Below, one piece after another: positions 28,514-42,503 of a stretch of DNA of 64,000 bases. The stretch comes from Antedon mediterranea (taxonomy: Eukaryota > Animalia > Echinodermata): the NCBI RefSeq assembly GCF_964355755.1, contig NC_092675.1, forward strand, positions 30,228,912-30,292,911, in the 5' to 3' direction. The translations under genes and the position numbers were made by a program. A model generated the notes under the pieces. That model was not told where the DNA came from. It saw only the letters and a list, made by a program, of their open reading frames with translations, and did no database searches. Each line of letters opens with the position of its first letter. Within the stretch, counting starts at the first letter, position 1.

Positions 28514-31500
28514 TTATACTTTCTTCTCTTGACACAACATTTCAACAAAAAGGTATTTTAAAGTTCATTAAAACATAAATAGCAGATTCAAATGTTAATG
28601 AAGACGGTAAAACTCCGTTATTCAAACTAATTTCTTCTTCGGTCGGTTGGTCGGTCTGTCGGTAAACACTAACTCAAATTTGAGCACGCGACTGCAGCCA
28701 TGTGTATGGCCTTGTTTTCTTTAATGTTATCATATGATTGTAAAGTTTGTTTTTTAATTTTTGGTAAATTGTATTCAATTAAAAGAATTAAGATTAACGC
28801 AATTATACAATTTGACACAGTTTATCTGACGATGTATAAATTCATTTGAATGGATGGATGGATGAATGGATTGGATTTTGTTACAAAATAAATCTAAACT
28901 AAACTCTTAAAATGTTAGCAGCGGATTTATATTCCGAAACGATTTATATTTATTCAATGGACTAACGCATGCCTTATCACGCTCCTTACCTTCTTACATT
29001 TTGTTTGTATATTATTGTGATATGATAATAAGAAGTTGAAAACTTAATATTAAAACATGAATTCTTATCAATAGCAAACACATGCACATGTTGATTCGTA
29101 TAAGATGGTCACCTGCCCTGCTGCTGTACTATTAGCTACGTGTTTACCAATCACTGTCTAATGATAATGACGTGTTATTAAGAGCACGATGCATTTTGCC
29201 TATTCATGCAAAATACACGATTTCCACCAAGAGCCTCAAAAGAGTTTGTGATTACTCGAGGGTAATCCATTTTGTTTTAGCAATATCATGCAAAACCCTT
29301 ATAGTTAATGGCTTTTACACTGCTTGTTTTCCTTAAAATCACACATTTATAACTTTGATATCCTTTCTTTTCTATTCCTGATAACGTTTATGACAGGTTG
29401 CCGGGAATTTTTTAATAACTTAAATTTCGAAGTTATTCTTACAACGAAATTAATTTTTTAAGCCATATCAAAATATTATTATTAAACACAACTATTCACA
29501 CTACAATACTGGGCCTCCGAATTATGACTACCGAGAATCAACAACTATTGCAGTACTAAACAAATGACATTCATGCGTAAGATTGTTATGTGATTTTATA
29601 ATTGTTATTCTTCTTTTCTTGTATGTAAATATGTTTGGTAAAACCAAATTCCAAATGCTTTATTTATGTTGTATTCTCAAAATGACAAAGATAGAAAAGA
29701 GTACTACGCATGTGCTAAAATTGAGCAACAGTACCAACCAAATAAACAACATTAAGTAATCGAAATACTAATAAAAAAAAATATGTCATAGATTCCTGAA
29801 ATATGGTGTATGGTATTATAAAATAGCAACATAAACGTAATGTGTTGTGACCAATAAGTTGCTGCTCTCTCCATAGACGGCTTAACTTCATTTGCATATA
29901 AGCAACTGTTCTAACTTATTTGTTTCATTTAATTTTGGTGAACTTTTGATAACTGTTTTCTTCCCCAGGGCGGCCGTTAACGTACATTTTAGGCTAATTT
30001 AATTTTCTTTCAGGTGGATTAATGATCTGGCACCGTTTTCTATGCTCACAATTCATTACCAACTAATTATTGTTTCGGTCCCAATTAGCGTCGTTCAACT
30101 CCCGAGATAAACAGTAAATTTGAATTATTTGTCACTTTCAAATTGAAAATTAATTTATGTTTAAAATAATGATAGTATTTACCATATTTGATAATAGTAC
30201 AGACAAACGAAGATTATACAATCGGGGTATACGGTATTATTAATGAAAGAGCTGCATAGGCAGGGTAGAAAAAATCATAAGTCATAATTAGTATAAAATA
30301 TAAATTAGGCCTAATATAGATAAGATTGTTTATTGTGCCAAAATTAAATTTGAAATCCGTTACAATAAATGTGAAGTAAGATTTTATGCCCATACCTCCC
30401 GACCAAATTCTTATGAAAACATACATACAGTAATTGTTGGCTTTTTATGTTATAATTATTTTACAGATTTTTTTTACCAGATAAAATGAATTAGGCCTAT
30501 TGAATTCCTAAACCCGTATCGTCGTCTCAGTACTATTGTCTCTTGAAGTTGTAGAATGTGGTAGAAACGAACCGTCAACTTACTCCAGCAATTATATTAA
30601 TAAAAATGTTGTAAAAGATCTCCCAGCTTTCTGGATTCTCTAAGGAGCACTTAATCTTGATTTGAACATGGGTCAATTTCACGATTGTAAACCGAAGGTC
30701 ATTAATTTGTTATTTTGTCGTGCGACATTCATTAGTGGAACGTGCTCAGTCTTTTGGAATATGTCGATGACAAAAAATGATTTACGAGGTAGCTTACAAC
30801 ACGTGCTAGTAACTTTACACAATAGTTTGTCCACCTAGGCCTATATCACAATTTGAAAATAGAATTTTGTCGTAGGCTCACATCAATGTGGTTCTGAATT
30901 TAACTTTGCGCTGTGCGGCTGTGACGTCATAAAACAAAGGTTGCTGCACAACATCACATAAAGGTCTATTTTCATTAAAAGTTACAAAATGTACTGTGCA
31001 CAAGTTTTAGACAAACCTTCCACACCAAAGTTGCAGAAAAAAGAATAATAATTTAAAATAAAAGATCCTGACAATCACAATGTTAATTGAAAACTGAATA
31101 AATAAGGTGTCGGTATTGGAGTTTTTAAAGAAATTATATTTGTTTAAAAGGCCTCGGTCTCTCTCCTTTTGTTCGGCGTGGTGAGTGCAATGACCAGTAC
31201 ATCCTGATGTATTGGATTCTATGAATTGAATCATTTTTAGACGGGTCGCCGCCAGGTGGGTGTGTTCGCCTTTTAGGATTTAGAACGATCGATGTTTGTA
31301 TCTCTAATTTCTTCAAAAAAATTAGTTTGATGGATAATGTTAATTACATGGTCTTGATACAGTTGTGTACGCTGATATGGCTTGGTTGGCGGCAAAATTT
31401 TCGATGCCAGCTAGCCTACATTTTTGCATTTATAGGTTTTCAGATATACAAAATATTCGTATGTAAAAATGCAGGTGTAGTTTTTAAGGTGTATTGTATA

Positions 31501-32074
31501 GTTACTGAGCAACTCCAATACAGAGTGTAAATACCATTAACTTCATAAACCTCTATATTAATATTAGTGTTGCATTGCGCATACATTATGGTTGTAGGGC
31601 CTAATTAATATTAGTCCAGACCTTTAAACTATAAGCATATAGCTAAATAGTAGGCCACATTTAATACTGCATACTTTCTTTGCGAACGTTCATTTTCTGA
31701 ACAATTCAAGGCTGGGAAGAAAGTGTTGCTTTGATCAGTAAATCGAACACGGATCTTGTGGTGTTCGATTCACAGGTCATTGATATTAACAAAATTGTAG
31801 ATGTCCGATTTGTTGTCTGTTGTTGTCATTACTACCAGGATATGAAGGAATTAAAATATTGAATATAAGGTACGGCAGTACCAATGTCAGCCTTAACATT
31901 TGAACTTTAATCCAGTTAATTCAACGCGTGGATTGTTGGTGTGATTGAGCGCCAACATTTAAACGTTCAATGCAATAACACGGCCAATTGCAATGTATCT
32001 AGAACTAAAATGAACAATCACTGATTTTTATTGCCTACGGTACCACCCTTTAACATAAAGGGTATTTGATTCCT

Positions 32075-32362
32075 CAACCATGTAGGTCTTTATGTGTTAT
32101 CAACAATCCCCTCGACCCCTATATGAAATGCCACGGGAGGTGGTAACATGAACATGATATTTTATCCCTGGACCATGTAGGCCTATGCGTTATCAACGAT
32201 CTTCGATTATTATCGCTCGACCCCTATATGGTATGTCTGGGGAGGTGGTTAACATGAAGGGTATCTGATACCTGGACCATGTAGGCCTATGCGTTATCAA
32301 CAATCTCCGATTATTATCGCTCGACCCTATATGGTATGTCTAGGGAGGTGGTTAACGTGAAG
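32075..32362. repeat. Degenerate ~105 bp tandem triplication
   Basis: ACCATGTAGG…GTTATCAAC…CTCGACCC(C)TATATG…GGGAGGTGGT recurs three times. Confidence 0.75.
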
Positions 32363-33568
32363 GATAGGCCTGTCTGATCCCAGGACCGGTAAGCCTAGAA
32401 ATGGTAGCAGTATTTAAATCTACAATTACCACAATTCCAGGGTCCTTGGCAACCAAGGACAACAGTGGTCTGTGTTCTCTATCAATTATTATTTGTTTCC
32501 TTCCTGTTTGATTAGAAATAGCCTTAAAACGATTCAAGTAAATCATTTTAATCATATCAATTTAAGCGAAGAAAGAATAAGGTCACATTGTTAATATGAA
32601 TTGGATAAAGCATACGAAACCAGATTTCTTCTCTTATACCCCTAAAAAACCTTTGTATTTTTAGGCCAAAAATCGATATGTGCAAACTTAAACGTGTCAT
32701 GACATGGAACGAGCCGAACCCACCCCGTAACAAACCGTAGGCAAGGCACTTTTCAATGGGCCTCGTCCCCAGTCACATGCTCACAGTGTGTTTCCCCCTC
32801 TCGCTATGATTCACGCTTGTAACTCGACTGTCAGTAGACCTACCCATGGAGGTGCACCTCCCTGACCTATCTATCCTCCTTTTTAGTGGGTCTTTTCAGT
32901 CCTGTGATAAGCATCACATCAAGTAGCAATTACATTTTTTAAGTTAGAAGAAAAATACTGTAATGTCATTACATACGGTACGTGTCACTGTATTTACCTT
33001 ACATTTACACAACCAGCACCTTAACTGCACCTTAACTGTATCTTAACTGCAATTAGTAATTCATTTGTATTGTTTTTAATCTGAAAACCAAACACTTTTC
33101 ATTCTCTTGAGTTTTATAGGCATATAGTTTGTAATATATTTCCGATATCGTCAATTACCGGTACTCAAATTTGTGTTCAGTTAATGCTACGAAAACAAAT
33201 TTACCGAAAACAAAGCAATTTAAAATTAGCAAGCAGCACAGCTTGTTTTATTTAATCATTAGTAAAAGATGGACACAATTCCTATAACAACGATATTTAC
33301 GAATACGTTACCGGATATAGTAATAAAGAGAACTGTTAAATTGGACATAAGCTGAGAATTTGGGAGTTCGGCGGGGTTTGACATCCTGTTTGTCAAGTGA
33401 ATCTTACGTCACTGTATTTTGATTTACATTCTGTGGATATTATTAGACAAAAACGTAAACATCCTAAAATACAAATACAATAAATTATACACTTTTGTGT
33501 GCAGCACAGCAACGATTAGAGTCTCAATCTTCCGTGACATCTTCCCGTTAGGACACAACGAAAAGTAA

Positions 33569-34086
33569 AGCTTGGTTCTCACTAGGACGCAGCGCAAGAA
33601 CGTAAGCGATTTGTCCATTTACAAGCGATGGATTATTTGAATTGTGGCTTGTTATCGATCAACTCGCTTGCGTTGCGTTTCTGGGAACCACGCTAAAGCT
33701 TGGTTACCACTAGGATACAACGCAAGGACATAAACGCAACGCAAGCGTGTTGACCAATAACAAGCCACTGTTCGAATATCCATTGCTTGTGTTTGGTCAT
33801 CTCACTACGTTGCGTGTACGTCCTTGCGTTGCGTTCTAGTGGAAACCAAGCTTTAGGGCACTAGGCAAAACGCAATCACAAACGTTCGGATGGTCCACGA
33901 GTCGTGATCAAAATACTTGCGGTGCGCTTACAGCTTGGTTCCCACTAGAACGCAACGTAAGGACGTAGACGCAACGCAAGCGAGTTGACCAATCACACGC
34001 GACTGTTCGAATAATCCATCGCTTGAGATTGGTCAAATCACTTTGCGTTGCGTGTACGTCCTTGCGTTTCGTCCTACTGGGACCAA
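33569..34086. mobile_element. Cluster of three MITE family B copies (33569-33694, 33697-33852, 33932-34086)
   Basis: Each starts AGCTTGGTT(C/A)(T/C)CACTAG and ends with a GG(G/A)A(A)CCA-type inverse. Confidence 0.8.
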
Positions 34087-37000
34087 TTAGGGCACAACGC
34101 AATCAAGTCATGATTGATCAAAATACTTGCGGTGCGCTTACGAGGCTTGCGTTGATTAAAACAACAATCCAAAACCCGACCCTCTTACACATAAAAACCA
34201 ACAATGTGTAGGCTATTTATACAGTATTAATTCAATTCAATTCAATTCAATTCAATAAACTTTATTGTCAAACTCATGAATGGCTTGAAACTTTGGCTGA
34301 AAGTACACACATTAAAATTGTCTAAAAACAATGTCGCACAAACAGTAAAAAAGAATAAAATCACATAAAACTGAGAACAAGATGATTTTATTCTTTGGCG
34401 ACAATTCCACCAAACAAAGGTTTAGGACATTTTAATTGTATCCAACTTGTTTTGAGTAATTAAATCATTTACTGTCATCATCGTAATTGTTTGTTATGTA
34501 ACAGGAAATATTAATATGAACAATGAATGGGAAACGTAAAAAGGCTAACGTTGACTACTGGCCTACGAACAGCTGTTTTAAAGTTTTAAAATAACTCGGA
34601 GTTTATTGAAATAAAAATTGTGGTGGAATGAGGCAGTTTTGTTGTATTTTAATTTTTTGCATAAAAAAACATTAATTTTTTATCTAATTTTTGTATTTAT
34701 TTTTTGTAAATTTAATGTTTATATACTTTGAACTGCTGGCCTACATACCGATAGCTATTATTATGTAAGTGCCTTAGACCAGACTTCGGGGAAGAAGAAA
34801 AATAGCGGGAAATAAAATAAGACATGCATGCAACATGTAAACGAAAATGTTTTAATATATGTGACGGTTAAGTTTAGAAGAAAAATTGCCAAATTGTTTT
34901 ATATTGGTCAACAATATGCATCTCAATCATCAACTTCTTATAAGTAGAATCACTTACAAGATGTTACTATATACGCATACAGAAAGGATGACCCAGAAAA
35001 ACGTGTTTAATCGGTGGGTGGATAGCCTTTCTGTCTAGCTTCAATATGGTTAGGCTTAGCCTAAAAACCACCTGTTGATTTCTATCCGTTATTACTACAA
35101 ATGTTTTAATATAAAAAGAAATCATCACTCAACTTGCCTATGTGAAAGTTAACACAAGTAATATTACATCAAATGTGTAGGGCCTTTTTGTGTCCTTAAT
35201 GCATTACAGAGTCTACGCCTACGCGACCCCCGCTATTTTGGCGCGAGTTACATACCGTATGGTATAATGTGACGTAATGCGCCAGTCAGGGAAAACACGT
35301 GGACTTAAAACTAATTAAAAGTTTCACTTCAAAGTTTAATTTTCTCACGATTCGATGGTAATTTGGCTGATACTGGAACTTCCTTAATGAAGGTTTTACC
35401 TGCTAGCCTCACACATAAAACTGAACCAAAAAAAAAACGTTAATTATAGGTTAAACACATCCAAGAGTTTTGCATTTAATATTTCTAGCTAAATCAAAGA
35501 GGATTGTTATACGAAAATCTATTCTTGATATAATTTATTATCCATATCTATTTACTATGACATTTAGAAACAGCGTTGGCCTATAATATCGAAATTATCT
35601 AAACTATAGTATTATACTATTAGTAATGTAATATATTTGTTATAAGTGAAGCCTGTTTTTTTTTAAATTTCGTTCGTTGCATTAAATGCTGATATAGGCC
35701 TACATACCAGTTTTAGGGCATGCAGATATATGCCACACTCGACGATAACAATATCTCAATCAGATTAATTGCGATCGGATAAAAAGGGAGGGAAGGGGAA
35801 ATAAAAGAAATAAACAAAACCATTAGATAATTTTGAACGGCAAAAGCATAATCTGACTTTTTCCCATAGCGTATATTAGTATCTGTTGATCTTGCATCAT
35901 TTTCCTAGACTTAATTGACCTATACCTACGCATAGGCCTTCAGCAATATGTTGAACGAGCTTGCAGGGCAGTGGGTCAACCAAGTTAGCACAATCAGACA
36001 CCAGCAATAGTTCTATATTTAGGCCTATCGTTTTTTGTATAAAATATAATAATGATTTTTATTTTAACTGATCAGGGTTTGGTCAATGTGGATAGGTTGG
36101 CTTCCTCATGAGTTACTTAAAAAAGACAGTGGCATGGAAATATTGACTCTATATATTGATCGATATGAAATATGTCCGTGACCAATAGGGCCTACTGTAT
36201 TTATTGGTATAAAGTTTTAGTCCGAGACCAATATTGATATATTTAAAGTACCGGTATTCGCGACCAAATGTGACAGACTTTATAGCACAACCTGCGCATT
36301 GAAACATTTAAAAGATTTTACCTTTGCGATTTTGTTCTTCTGTAGGGCCTATTTCTTTTTTGAATCAAATATTATTAATGTAGGCGGGAGAGCTAAGCGG
36401 CGTTGTTCAAAGGGACATCAGAGCGGCATTTATAAAAATACATTGCAAGCCGAATAACAAACAAGTACGGTAATAATGTAAAAAATATACCGAATTAGGG
36501 ATCATTGTGTTAGGTGTTCTTTGAATGATGAATTCATGTCGCACGATTTAGTTAAATTTCACATTTTTGAAACAGTGTTTTTTTTACGCACAGGATGAAC
36601 TTACAGCATATTTATAAATTTGTTTCTATATTGTTCATTATTACCATTTTTCCACTCAAACTGTGGATTTAATTTAAAGTCAGGTGTTTCATTGAATACG
36701 AAATGGTTTTGACATTAATGCATCACAATGCTGAGACAAAACATTATTTACAAGATGTCAAAAACTAATTTGCTCGTTGTTAATTAAGTTCGTATTATCA
36801 TTAGACTCGGCGGAGAGAGTGTCATTCTACACACCGTATTTTCACATAGAACCGTCAAGTGATGAGATTAGTTCAATTTGTTTGATTAAATACATTTATG
36901 GCTCTTTGTTTTAGTAATCTTCCCTTAGCACACGGGGTTAATGGTGAAGATATCAGGTGCTCAGTTTTCACAAAGGGCTCATCCGAGAGTCCATTGTTAC

Positions 37001-37399
37001 TATAACATTCCCTTATTAAGATCCAGCAATAATAAAATGTCATTCTGACGGTTTGTTTATATGTTTTCTGCCAGCATTCCGGTATTACAAACGATGATAA
37101 TATGGAAGTCAATTTATTACAAGAACCCCCTACGAGTGAATACTGACGTCATCTAGTCTATTTTCTTAAAAGTTATACTTTGAAGTGATTATTTTGGCCA
37201 ATCAAAAGGTCTGATATGTTTTAGATTGGAAGGTACATCTGTTGTAAGTTAACGTCTGCTTATGTTCCGCGCTGTTGACATTCATTTGCATGCACTCAGC
37301 ACTTTTACAAATAAATTTGTAATCTTATAGAGCTACAATTATATTCGTGTAGCCAGGTATGGGGTATAAACGAGAGGATGGGCGCATGAATACGCGCAC

Positions 37400-37520
37400 A
37401 CGCACGTCATTTATCACAGCCTCCTGAGTCGCACACGACAACCACGTGTAGTTACTTTAAGCTCCGCCCCTTAAATCTGATTGGCGGAAAACATCTGTCA
37501 GGCGTTTTAACGAGCTAGCT
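37400..37520 (+). promoter_or_regulatory. Probable Scl promoter
   Basis: Local CpG-rich patch with TTATCA (GATA, 37411), CACGTG (37443), CCGCCC GC-box (37464), ATTGG reverse CCAAT (37480), CGGAA ETS core (37485) and CATCTG E-box (37492). A donor GTAAGT follows at 37924. Confidence 0.55.
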
Positions 37521-37923
37521 CGGTACTCGGTCGAAGTTAATAAAGAAGCACATTGGTGTACCTATTCCGACAAGTGGTTTGTTGACTTCGTCATTTATAT
37601 TGTCGCTAATTCATATAGAAAAAAAAACATTAAGTCTGTCGACTAAACGGAAACTTACAAACACTACGAACCTGGATGAATTTTCTTGGATAAAACGGTC
37701 ACCGATAAACGAAATATTTGATATTTAAGGTTAACGCAGAAGACATTCAGTTGTATTTGGACTTGATGTACGAGGCAGCAGTTGTTCTCCCTGGACTTAA
37801 CTACGGATAACAACATAAGTAGGCCTACTTGAACGTTTCTACCGTATTTTTTATCTTTACCTTATGGATTTGCAAGGGAATGCAGCCTTCACTTCTTTAT
37901 AGAAAGACAAGACACCCTGAACA
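37520..37923 (+). other. Probable first (mostly 5'UTR) exon of Scl, containing uORFs; start position approximate
   Basis: Lies directly after the promoter-like cluster and ends at the consensus donor ACA|GTAAGT. The next recognisable exon is the Scl coding exon at 46199/46259. Confidence 0.5.
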
Positions 37924-38985
37924 GTAAGTAAACATTTCAATATTAAATTATTTAGATAATAATAACAAATACTTGGTTAATATTATAGAATTACTTAAGA
38001 GTATTCTCTGGTGAAGAAAATACCCTGGCCGAGAAAGGCACGAATAATTATTATTTTCTCTTTCGACTGCTGTTGACATGTAAATGAACGTAAAGATTCA
38101 TCTTCTCATGGACACATAGCCTACAGTATCTTTATATATAAAATAAAAACACAGCATATACCATTTGCATGCAAATTAATTAAAAAAACACATTATACAG
38201 TATTATAAATCATATAGGCCTACACAGTCCAATACCCGGTAATGTCTGTATTTTGTACTCTGCTAACATTTATTATTTCTATAAATAATATTTTAAATTG
38301 CATAATTGGTCTCTCTTTGATACTCTTTACTAAAAAATTACACTTACAATTTGTCTGGTTCACCCTGCAGTCGAGTCATTACATTGGAATTGTAACTATG
38401 TCTCCATCTAGCTAACATCATGTGGGATTTCCTATAGAATGGCTTTCATTATGGGAAGGGGTTCGTATGTGGGTGAAGGTCCTTTCATGCACCAAATATC
38501 ATTGTTGTAAACACTTCAACAAAATAACACTGATATTTAATAAATTTATCAAATTGTATACATTTATTACTGGTACTAATTCAAGGGTGATATTACATTT
38601 AATTTATGTTTGACAAAACGTCTGGCTGGGGCTAAAGAGTCAATGAAGCTCTAGCCAGCCAAAGGTCCCACTGCTTATAACTTCACAACATTAGATAGGA
38701 TCACTACACAATTATTAACCATTCATATAAACGAATAGAAAACTATACCGTTAGATTTCAACACAATATCAAAATATGTTCTATAATCTTTTATCAGACT
38801 GTGCAATATCACTTATATATTTATTGATAGATAGATAATATAACCTGTATCATATTGTTGATCATTGCAATATAAGTGGGTTGCCCCCACAAAAGAGAAA
38901 AAAAACTATATCCGTACACGATGTTGAGAATAAACAAGATACAGTATTTTTAAGATGGTTTTATTTAATCCAAATTGATTATAAA

Positions 38986-39591
38986 GTTCGAAAGCTGTCT
39001 AGTTGCAAGGGATCACATAGTTAGTGTTGTTCGAAAGCTGTCTAGTTGCAAGGGATCACATAGTTAGTGTTGTTCGAAAGCTGTCTAGTTGCAAGGGATC
39101 ACATAGTTAGTGTTGTTCGAAAGCTGTCTAGTTGCAAGGGATCACATAGTTAGTGTTGTTGGAAAGCTGTCTAGTTGCAAGGGATCACATAGTTAGTGTT
39201 GTTCGAAAGCTGTCTAGTTGCAAGGGATCACATAGTTAGTGTTGTTCGAAAGCTGTCTAGTTGCAAGGGATCACATAGTTAGTGTTGTTGGAAAGCTGTC
39301 TAGTTGCAAGGGATCACATAGTTAGTGTTGTTCGAAAGCTGTCTAGTTGCAAGGGATCACATAGTTAGTGTTGTTCGAAAGCTGTCTAGTTGCAAGGGAT
39401 CACATAGTTAGTGTTGTTCGAAAGCTGTCTAGTTGCAAGGGATCACATAGTTAGTGTTGTTCGAAAGCTGTCTAGTTGCAAGGGATCACATAGTTAGTGT
39501 TGTTCGAAAGCTGTCTAGTTGCAAGGGATCACATAGTTAGTGTTGTTCGAAAGCTGTCTAGTTGCAAGGGATCACATAGTTAGTGTTGTTC
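38986..39591. repeat. Near-perfect tandem repeat, 43-bp unit GTTCGAAAGCTGTCTAGTTGCAAGGGATCACATAGTTAGTGTT, 14 copies
   Basis: Directly visible; no unique spacers. Confidence 0.97.
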
Positions 39592-41788
39592 TAATGTTTA
39601 CCATAACCATAATATTTTGATGAGATATTTAATAAGCAATATATTACTAATTTGTAAATAGATTATTTCTGATATATCTGATTGATTTCCACATTGGAAA
39701 AGTCTATTTCTCAGACCTTTACTATCCTGTATGTATTATATATTATATTCATTAGGTTACAATACAACACCTGTATCCAGGTACCATTTTTTTTCCAGGT
39801 ACCATTATATTGTTCCAGGTACCAATAATATTGTCCAGGTCATCTACCAATAGATAATCCAGGTATAATACCTATACCACCATACTTCTTCTTGACCTTA
39901 GCTGAGAAGCTCGTTAACAAAACACAATGCAAATTAAGAGCCCTATTTTATTTTGTACAACGATGACAAGTTTAGATTTTTTTTAATGAATTTTATAGGC
40001 CAATTGAATTTGTAACTGTTAAATAACATGTTATTCACTTGAACAATCTATCTCAACATGATCATCATACATACAAATTAGTGATGGTGAAAACAAGTGT
40101 CGTAGCTAATGAGATTTGAAGACATTACATCAACTGAAAGCTCAAACAATATACGTTATACAACTTCGCATTAGGCATAATATTATCACCAGAAATGCAT
40201 TTTCAATTCAAACTATTGAATGCTACTACTACTGGAGGCCTCTAACTCTTTACAAAATACTGTGTAAACGCAGTAACATTTTGACAGCAGTAACTTATCA
40301 CTTAATACGTCGATTGTTATTGACAAGTTTAGCAGGATAAATCAATTTAACAATCGATCATACCGATAAGAGATATGACGTAATCAGCCAACATTGATGA
40401 TCCATTGATGGTATCTTTTCGTTTCTATTCAATTCAACAGTTGTATTCATTTAACAATTATTAAATTTAGTAGATTTTACGTTTAACACTTTTTTTAACG
40501 TAATACGGTACCTGTTTTAGTAAAAAATGCTTTTCAGAAGAAAAATTACTAATTAAAGTCGCAATCGTAGAACATTTTGTTGAAATGGTTTATGGGTTGA
40601 ACATTATGCTATTTTTTTACATATTAGGCTAATGTATCTTTGATGAACTGATAAATACTTATCACATGACAGGCACGCGAATAGAATAGTGTTTACTACT
40701 TGGAACATTAAGCAATGTAAACAATCCAAGTCTGCTTACAGATCAATATACGGCCATGAACTTTTCAGTTAACATCTTTTGTGATAAAAACTTTTATTTT
40801 TTAAATCATCTCATATCATCTCTTATTATAGGTCTAAGGAAACTCTGATTTATTTTTCTAAAACTGTTAACTGTTTACCGTACTGAACGTAATGATGATG
40901 TATTACATTCAATATTGTTTTAAAAATAGTCTATGGCCTATATTGTTATTGTATTATTTGAAAATACTAAAAACTTGGAATTGATGATTTACATTATTGA
41001 AACTAAATTTACCTATGCCCCTCTTAATATGCAAATTAGATAATTATTGTTGTTAAATAATTTTTTCTCTTACTTTTATTTAAGTGCTTTTTTCTTATCT
41101 GCTCTGAAACTACAGTCTGTCGAAATCTCTTCCCATAATGCGTTTCTTTATTTTCTATTGTTATTTAGGAACATTTTCCCATATTAAGATAAGGTAGAAC
41201 AGCGGTACCAGTAAAACACAACGTGGTAACTAGCATCGGTTCACATTCCCACGAAATTAGCAAAGTGCCATTAATTCCACCACACCCACGTCAATCATTT
41301 ACACAATTTTACGCATAATTAATTTTGTGACATCGTAATCCACAAGATAACATTATTATCGCTCTGGTAATTATCGTAGGCCTACTGCCCATAATACTAT
41401 CGGTAGAAAGGAAAATGCAATGTACCTTCTGTAAAAGATCATTCATGTTAAGCACTGTACAACGCGAATAGAAAGTAAACCTACATCCAACAATATTTAA
41501 ATAAATAAAGATTCGTCTAATGAAATTTGTTAAACATCAATTATCTATTATTGTCATTTTTGTTGTAAATCCAACAAAATAATACCCAATGTCGATGACT
41601 TATAGAAGTTAATAAGACAATGTTATGTCAGCGACGTAGCTAGCCAGGTAGCATCTGTTCCCAACTTCCAAGAATATACAGTAGTCAACCTTAAACGTGT
41701 CTTTCAACTTTTCACAAGTGATTCGGAAATACCAATTTACTCACATCATCGACAAAATATTTTTAGTACTGACGTATCTAGTAATGTG

Positions 41789-42241
41789 TCTAATACAAAA
41801 ACGCGTTTTTTAGGTGTTCTTAGTGTGATCCAAACGCACGTTAGTATGAGTATAGTGTAACTATCTAATACAAAAACGCGTTTTTTATGTGTTCTTAGTG
41901 TGATCCAAACGCACGTTAGTATGAGTGTAGAGTGTAACTATCTAATACAAAAACGCGTTTTTTAGGTGTTCTTAGTGTGATCCAAACGCACGTTAGTATG
42001 AGTATAGTGTAACTATCTAATACAAAAACGCGTTTTTTATGTGTTTTTAGTGTGATCCAAACGCACGTTAGTATGAGTGTATAGTGTAACTATCTAATAC
42101 AAAAACGCGTTTTTTTATGTGTTCTTAGTGTGATCCAAACGCACGTTAGTATGAGTGTATAGTGTAACTATCTAATACAAAAACGCGTTTTTTATGTGTT
42201 CTTAGCGTGATCCAAACGCACGTTAGTATGAGTATAGTGTA
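41789..42241. repeat. Tandem repeat, 75-78 bp unit, 6 copies, each with palindrome AAAAACGCGTTTTT
   Basis: TAATACAAAAACGCG at 41791, 41866, 41943, 42018, 42095 and 42173. Confidence 0.95.
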
Positions 42242-42503
42242 GCCTACATAGCCCATAAGTGATCGTATTATATTTAAGCTCCTTTTAAATATTCACGTGT
42301 TTCTATAAGTTTGCGTGCATTTGACTATTAATATGGTGGTTACATTATTTCCTTGACCATGAACCGGTTTACTATGTTCTTTTTCTTCGGCTACTTTTTA
42401 TTTGCAGGTGTGCTATGTATTACTTTGAATGTAGGCTTGATAGATATTTTGCATGTGGAAATTATATTTGTTTTCCTGTATAGTTTTGTACTTCTATTTC
42501 TTA

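Noticed and set aside
27728-28548. Repetitive ORFs (ITIPPWIGVSLV, RNTLSKTIH)
   Set aside because: Unit lengths of 27 and 36 are multiples of 3, so ORFs open on both strands by chance.
38986-39591. CRISPR-like appearance of 36-43 bp arrays (also 18351, 27959, 63502)
   Set aside because: Units are head-to-tail with no unique spacers, there are no cas genes, and the context is eukaryotic.
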